Positions 59,533 to 64,000 of a DNA stretch of 64,000 bases are shown here, piece by piece. Numbering within the stretch: the first letter of the stretch is position 1; each line of letters opens with the position of its first letter. The notes below the pieces were generated by a model, which saw only the letters and a list, made by a program, of their open reading frames with translations, had not been told where the DNA came from and ran no database searches. A program made the translations under genes and the position numbers. The stretch is from Bacteroidales bacterium (lineage in GTDB: Bacteria; Bacteroidota; Bacteroidia; Bacteroidales; VadinHA17), in contig PLNF01000140.1 in assembly GCA_003141715.1 (NCBI GenBank), positions 27,427 to 91,426 on the forward strand, in the 5' to 3' direction.

Positions 59533-60015
59533 TTGAAAAAAGCGAGGGTGGCCACATTCATTGGTGATTACACATGCAAGGTAGATGTCAAAGGGAGGAT
59601 AATACTTCCGATGGCATTTAAGAAGCAGATGCCGGCTGATGCACAGGATCATTTTGTGGTACGGAAGGATATCTTCGAAAACTGCCTTGTACTATATGCC
59701 ATAGAAGACTGGAACAGACAACTGGAGAAAATCAGAAAAAAAATCAATCCCTATAACCGTGAGCAAAATATGTTCCTCAGGAATTTTTTTAAAGGAACTG
59801 CAGAACTCTCGCTTGATAACAATAACCGCATGCTTGTACCGAAAAGATTAATGGATCTGATCGGAGCTGACAGGGATGTCGTTCTTGCCGGACAGGATGG
59901 AAGGATTGAGATATGGGCGGCTGACATCTATGATAAAATTGATATGCCTGCTGAAGATTTTGCCAAGCTGGCTGAGAAACTGATGGGTGGAAGTATAAAT
60001 GAGCCTGAAAAATAA
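59533..60015 (+). CDS. mraZ: Division/cell-wall cluster transcriptional regulator MraZ
   Basis: Two SpoVT-AbrB halves (FIGDYTCKVDVKGRIILP and ELSLDNNNRMLVPKRL). The ORF starts at TTG 59533. In-frame GTG 59548 (MATFIGDY...) is an equally plausible start. Confidence 0.9.
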   Translation: MKKARVATFIGDYTCKVDVKGRIILPMAFKKQMPADAQDHFVVRKDIFENCLVLYAIEDWNRQLEKIRKKINPYNREQNMFLRNFFKGTAELSLDNNNRMLVPKRLMDLIGADRDVVLAGQDGRIEIWAADIYDKIDMPAEDFAKLAEKLMGGSINEPEK

Positions 60016-60911
60016 TGGTTTACCATATTCCCGCACTGCTCAAAGAGAGTATTGACGGGCTGAACATCCAGCCCGACGGGATTTATGTCGACGTAACATT
60101 CGGAGGAGGAGGGCATTCAATGGAAATTCTTAAACGTCTTAAAACCGGTAAACTAATCGCATTTGATCAGGATGAGGATGCCTTGATAAATACTCCGGCT
60201 GATGAAAGGTTTCTCTTTCTCAACCAGAATTTCAGATTTCTGAAAAACAATCTGCTGTTCAATAACATTAAATCAATAGATGGACTGATTGCTGACCTGG
60301 GAGTCTCATTTCATCAGTTTGATGAACCGGAAAGAGGATTTACTTTCAGACAGGATGCTCCTCTTGATATGAGGATGAATAAAAATGGCATTGTAACAGC
60401 TGCCCACATTCTTAAGACAATGGATGAGGTATCCCTCGCTGATATTTTTTACAGATATGGTGAACTTTCAAATTCAAGAAGGATAGCCAGGGAAATTGTC
60501 GCAGCCAGAGTCCAAAAACCAATGGAAACTGTTAACGATCTTATTGATACAATTGGGAAACTGGCGCCTTTCCGTCAGGAACATAAATTCTATGCAAAGT
60601 TGTTTCAGGCTCTGCGTATCGCTGTCAATCACGAAATTGATTATCTGCAGGAGATGCTTGAACAGGCTCTTTCAGTATTGAATAAAGGCGGAAGACTCGT
60701 TATCATCAGCTACCATTCGCTCGAAGACAGAGTGGTCAAAAATTTTATGAAAACAGGCAATTTTGAGGGAGTAGAGAAGAAAGATTTTTATGGAAATGCA
60801 GAAACTTCTTTCAGGATAATAAACAGGAAGGGAACAACACCCGATGATGAAGAGATCGCGATAAATAACAGGGCACGGAGTGCAAGACTCAGGATAGCTG
60901 AAAAGATCTGA
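60015..60911 (+). CDS. rsmH: 16S rRNA (cytosine1402-N4)-methyltransferase
   Basis: HIPALLKESIDGL, VDVTFGGGGHS and SYHSLEDRVVK motifs. The ATG overlaps the mraZ TAA (TAATG). Confidence 0.95.
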   Translation: MVYHIPALLKESIDGLNIQPDGIYVDVTFGGGGHSMEILKRLKTGKLIAFDQDEDALINTPADERFLFLNQNFRFLKNNLLFNNIKSIDGLIADLGVSFHQFDEPERGFTFRQDAPLDMRMNKNGIVTAAHILKTMDEVSLADIFYRYGELSNSRRIAREIVAARVQKPMETVNDLIDTIGKLAPFRQEHKFYAKLFQALRIAVNHEIDYLQEMLEQALSVLNKGGRLVIISYHSLEDRVVKNFMKTGNFEGVEKKDFYGNAETSFRIINRKGTTPDDEEIAINNRARSARLRIAEKI

Positions 60912-60914
60912 CAA

Positions 60915-61286
60915 ATGGAAGATATTAAGGAAAATATTAAAGAAAATAATAATAAGCAGATAAAACCCGGAAGTTTCATTAAAGAACTCCTGAGCGGGAG
61001 TATGGTTTCTGAAAAGATCATTCTTAAAAACCTTGGTTATGTTTCGCTGCTAACCTTCCTCACTGCAGTTTACATTGGAAACAGGTTTCATGCTGAAAAA
61101 ATAACCAGAGAAACCACAAGGCTTCAGAGAGAGGTTAAAGACCTGAGAGCTGAGTCACTTTCAACTTCAGCCGCTCTTATGGATATCAGTAAGCAGTCTG
61201 AAGTATTCAGCATGGTCAGGGAAAAGGGGTTGAACCTTGAAGAGCTGAAAACTCCACCATATAAATTATTGGTTAACAGGAAATAA
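60915..61286 (+). CDS. FtsL-like small bitopic division protein
   Basis: 123 aa with a single TM (LGYVSLLTFLTAVYIG) followed by a coiled-coil. It occupies the conserved position between rsmH and ftsI. Confidence 0.6.
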   Translation: MEDIKENIKENNNKQIKPGSFIKELLSGSMVSEKIILKNLGYVSLLTFLTAVYIGNRFHAEKITRETTRLQREVKDLRAESLSTSAALMDISKQSEVFSMVREKGLNLEELKTPPYKLLVNRK

Positions 61287-61290
61287 AGGA

Positions 61291-63399
61291 ATGGCAAAGA
61301 GGGATGAAATAATATGGCGTGGAGCTCTGGTATATTTTATAATTGGATTACTGGCTGTGGCACTGCTTGTACGCATCCTTATTCTGCAATATGTTCAGCG
61401 TACCAAATGGGCAGATATGAGTGAGAAATTTGTCTTTAAAACTGCCGAAATGCCTGCAAACAGGGGCGATATACTTACCAGTGATGGGCGCCTCCTTGCA
61501 AGCTCGGTTCCATATTATACAATCTATATGGACACCCGAAGCAGTGGAATGTCTTCTGCTACATGGTCGACTGGAATTAACGGATTATCCACAGGACTGG
61601 CTCAACTCTTAGGCGAAAGATCCGCTTCAGGTTGGAAATCAGAAATATCAGAGGCCAGGGAAAAGGGTGATCGCTATTTCCTCATTCAACGGAAAGTTGA
61701 CTATGAAACACTTAAAAAGCTGAAAGAACTTCCAATATTCAGAGAGGGTCAGTATAAAGGGGGCATGGTACCTCAGGCTGAAAACAGAAGGATACTCCCG
61801 GGTGGTGATCTTGCAGCCCGGACCATCGGTTATCTCAATCTGGGAAGTGAAGGCAATGAGGTTGGCATAGAGGGTGCTTTTGATAAAGATCTGGCAGGGA
61901 AAAACGGTGTTGCTATGAAACAAAGGCTTACAGGAGGCGACTGGATAACTGTTGATGGTCCAAACAGTGTTGAATCGAAAGACGGGAATGATATTGTAAC
62001 TACTCTTGATCTCGATCTGCAGGATGTAGCAACTACTGCGCTTCTGAATCAGCTCAGGAAAAATGACGCTGACCATGGCTGCGCGGTACTAATGGAGGTT
62101 TCAACAGGAAATATTAAAGCCATTGTTAATCTTGGTCTTCAAAGCGATGGGAAATATCACGAATCATATAACTACGCCATTGCCGAGAGCACCGAACCGG
62201 GTTCAACATTTAAGCTCCCGTCTCTTATGGCCGCAATTGAAGATGGGGTAATTGATACAGGTGATATTGTCGACACCGGTAATGGAAGTGTGAAATTCTA
62301 CGACAGGGTTATCAAGGACACAAAAGAACATGGCATAATAACAGTCAAACAGGTATTTGAAGAATCATCTAATGTGGGAACCTCTAAGCTTATCTACGAG
62401 CATTACAAAGACAAACCTAAAGATTTCGTGAACCGGCTTTATGCCATGAGATTGAATAAGCCACTTGATCTGCAGATAAAAGGGGAAGGGGAACCTCTTA
62501 TCAGATATCCCGGAGATAAATTATGGTCGGGAGTTTCATTGCCGATGATGTCACATGGTTACGAAGTACAGCTGACACCATTGCAAATACTAACTTTCTA
62601 TAATGCCGTAGCAAATGACGGGAAAATGATGCGCCCGCTTTTTGTGACTGCAATCATGAGAAATGGAAGCATTATAAAGAGCTTCGAACCTGAGGTCATA
62701 ATCAACTCGATAGCATCTCGTTCAACAATACGGAAAGCTAAAAAAATGATGGAGGGAGTAGTTGAACGCGGTACTGCAACTAATCTTAGAAACCCCAATT
62801 ATAAAATTGCAGGAAAAACAGGGACCGCTCAGATAGCAAAAAATAAGTATGGTTACAAAACCGGCACAAGCGTATCGTATTCGGCCTCTTTTGTAGGGTA
62901 TTTTCCTGCTGAGAATCCTCTCTATTCCTGTATAGTTGTAGTTAATTCCCCTTCAAACGGGGTTTATTTCGGAAACGTGGTGGCAGGAACCGTCTTCAAG
63001 GAGATCTCTGATAAGGTTTATGCAACAAGGTTTTTCAGGGATTTCAAACCCGAAAAAAAAGATGAAATAAAACCATCTGCTCCTGATGCCGGTAACGGAT
63101 ACAGGGCCGATATAAACGAAGTGCTTAAAAACCTCGATGTCAGGTATCGGCGTACTGCTGATGATGACTGGGTTGCTACCCGGGAAAGTGGCGATACTGT
63201 AAGTCTGGCGGGTGTGAAGATACTGCCTGGTCTTATACCTGATGTGAGAGGAATGAGTCTGCGTGATGCGGTCTATCTCCTTGAAAACAATGGGTTAAGA
63301 GTTAAAATCAGTGGAAAAGGAAAGGTGCTGAGACAATCTCCTGAACATGGTGCAAGGTACAATGAAGGGACAGTCGTTTCTCTCGAGATGAATATGTGA
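61291..63399 (+). CDS. ftsI: Penicillin-binding protein (FtsI/PBP3-type transpeptidase) with a C-terminal PASTA domain
   Basis: N-terminal TM, dimerisation domain, transpeptidase motifs STFK (GSTFKL), SSN (ESSNVG) and KTGT. The C-terminal PASTA-like segment is VRGMSLRDAVYLLENNGLRVKISGKGKVLRQSP. Confidence 0.9.
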   Translation: MAKRDEIIWRGALVYFIIGLLAVALLVRILILQYVQRTKWADMSEKFVFKTAEMPANRGDILTSDGRLLASSVPYYTIYMDTRSSGMSSATWSTGINGLSTGLAQLLGERSASGWKSEISEAREKGDRYFLIQRKVDYETLKKLKELPIFREGQYKGGMVPQAENRRILPGGDLAARTIGYLNLGSEGNEVGIEGAFDKDLAGKNGVAMKQRLTGGDWITVDGPNSVESKDGNDIVTTLDLDLQDVATTALLNQLRKNDADHGCAVLMEVSTGNIKAIVNLGLQSDGKYHESYNYAIAESTEPGSTFKLPSLMAAIEDGVIDTGDIVDTGNGSVKFYDRVIKDTKEHGIITVKQVFEESSNVGTSKLIYEHYKDKPKDFVNRLYAMRLNKPLDLQIKGEGEPLIRYPGDKLWSGVSLPMMSHGYEVQLTPLQILTFYNAVANDGKMMRPLFVTAIMRNGSIIKSFEPEVIINSIASRSTIRKAKKMMEGVVERGTATNLRNPNYKIAGKTGTAQIAKNKYGYKTGTSVSYSASFVGYFPAENPLYSCIVVVNSPSNGVYFGNVVAGTVFKEISDKVYATRFFRDFKPEKKDEIKPSAPDAGNGYRADINEVLKNLDVRYRRTADDDWVATRESGDTVSLAGVKILPGLIPDVRGMSLRDAVYLLENNGLRVKISGKGKVLRQSPEHGARYNEGTVVSLEMNM

Positions 63400-63400
63400 A

Positions 63401-64000
63401 ATGAAGAAGATTGAGGAAATATTAAACGGAATTGAAATTGTTTCTGTAATCGGAACAAAAAACAGAGTTATATCCGGTATTGAATTTGATTCACGGAAGG
63501 TGGGAAAGGATTCCCTGTTTGTAGCGGTTAAGGGATATAAAAGCGATGGGCACGATTTTATTAACTCTGCAATAGCTTCAGGTGCCTCTGCTGTTATCTG
63601 TGAAATACTTCCTGAAAAACCCGACAAAAGTATCTGCTGGATAAAAACAGGTGATTCTGCAAAAGCACTGGGATTGGCGGCATCCAACTTCTTCGGAAAT
63701 CCTTCATATTCACTTAACCTGGTTGGTGTTACAGGAACAAACGGTAAGACAACAATTGCTACTCTGCTATACAGGATGTTCCTGCGGCTGGGTTATAAAT
63801 GCGGATTGTTTTCAACTGTTTGCAATTATATTAATGAAAAGGAACTTGAGGCGACACATACAACACCCGATCCTGTTCAGCTCAACAGACTTTTATCAGA
63901 GATGGTCAGCGAGGGATGTGATTATGCATTTATGGAAGTCAGCTCTCACTCTGCTGATCAGAAACGGATAGCAGGGCTAAAATTTGTCGGAGGTATTTTC
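63401..64000 (+). CDS. murE: UDP-N-acetylmuramoyl-L-alanyl-D-glutamate--2,6-diaminopimelate ligase, N-terminal 200 codons (3' end lies outside the window)
   Basis: ATG 63401; the frame is open to the window end. Translation MKKIEEILNGIEIVSVIG...LVGVTGTNGKTTIATLLY...FMEVSSHS shows the Mur ligase P-loop. It is not in the ORF track because no stop codon is present. Confidence 0.9.
   Translation, partial: MKKIEEILNGIEIVSVIGTKNRVISGIEFDSRKVGKDSLFVAVKGYKSDGHDFINSAIASGASAVICEILPEKPDKSICWIKTGDSAKALGLAASNFFGNPSYSLNLVGVTGTNGKTTIATLLYRMFLRLGYKCGLFSTVCNYINEKELEATHTTPDPVQLNRLLSEMVSEGCDYAFMEVSSHSADQKRIAGLKFVGGIF

Overview
AT-rich chromosomal segment with a Bacteroidota-like gene repertoire: HmuY plus TonB-dependent receptor, CarboxypepD_reg-type receptors, lipoprotein signal peptides, a GlsB/GlsA-like lipid gene pair, and a dcw cluster starting mraZ-rsmH-ftsL-ftsI-murE. 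I call about 50 protein genes and one tRNA-Ser(GGA). The content is mostly core and envelope functions: three clan GH-A glycosidases, an RND tripartite efflux operon convergent with a TolC-MacA-MacB operon, a gdhA-tatD-ansA operon plus a second NAD-type GDH, dprA, tadA, aspS, miaB, yebC, purF and the start of the dcw cluster. I found no transposase, integrase, phage genes, CRISPR array or recognisable defence genes. The most unusual signals are non-coding. (1) A ~230-bp regulatory module occurs twice (21501-21729 and 24447-24679). Each copy ends 34-35 nt upstream of a minus-strand start codon. Each contains a 28-nt identical block with a sigma-54-like -24/-12 element, upstream TGTAGC dyads and a conserved leader stem-loop. 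The copies lie directly beside a sigma-54 enhancer-binding response regulator and histidine kinase pair. They precede an uncharacterised four-gene envelope cluster and a metallophosphoesterase lipoprotein, so this is my best candidate for an undescribed system: a sigma-54-controlled envelope regulon. (2) Degenerate 8-bp-period tandem blocks (GGCNNAAY arrays paired with GCCTTTAY arrays) recur in three intergenic regions. (3) A GC-rich composite element sits immediately 3' of two unrelated genes, in gene orientation in both cases. (4) Six GC-rich hairpins with long-range complementarity lie upstream of mraZ, followed by three 10-bp-phased AAAGTGG MraZ-type boxes. All function calls rest on motif recognition by eye; no database search was possible.
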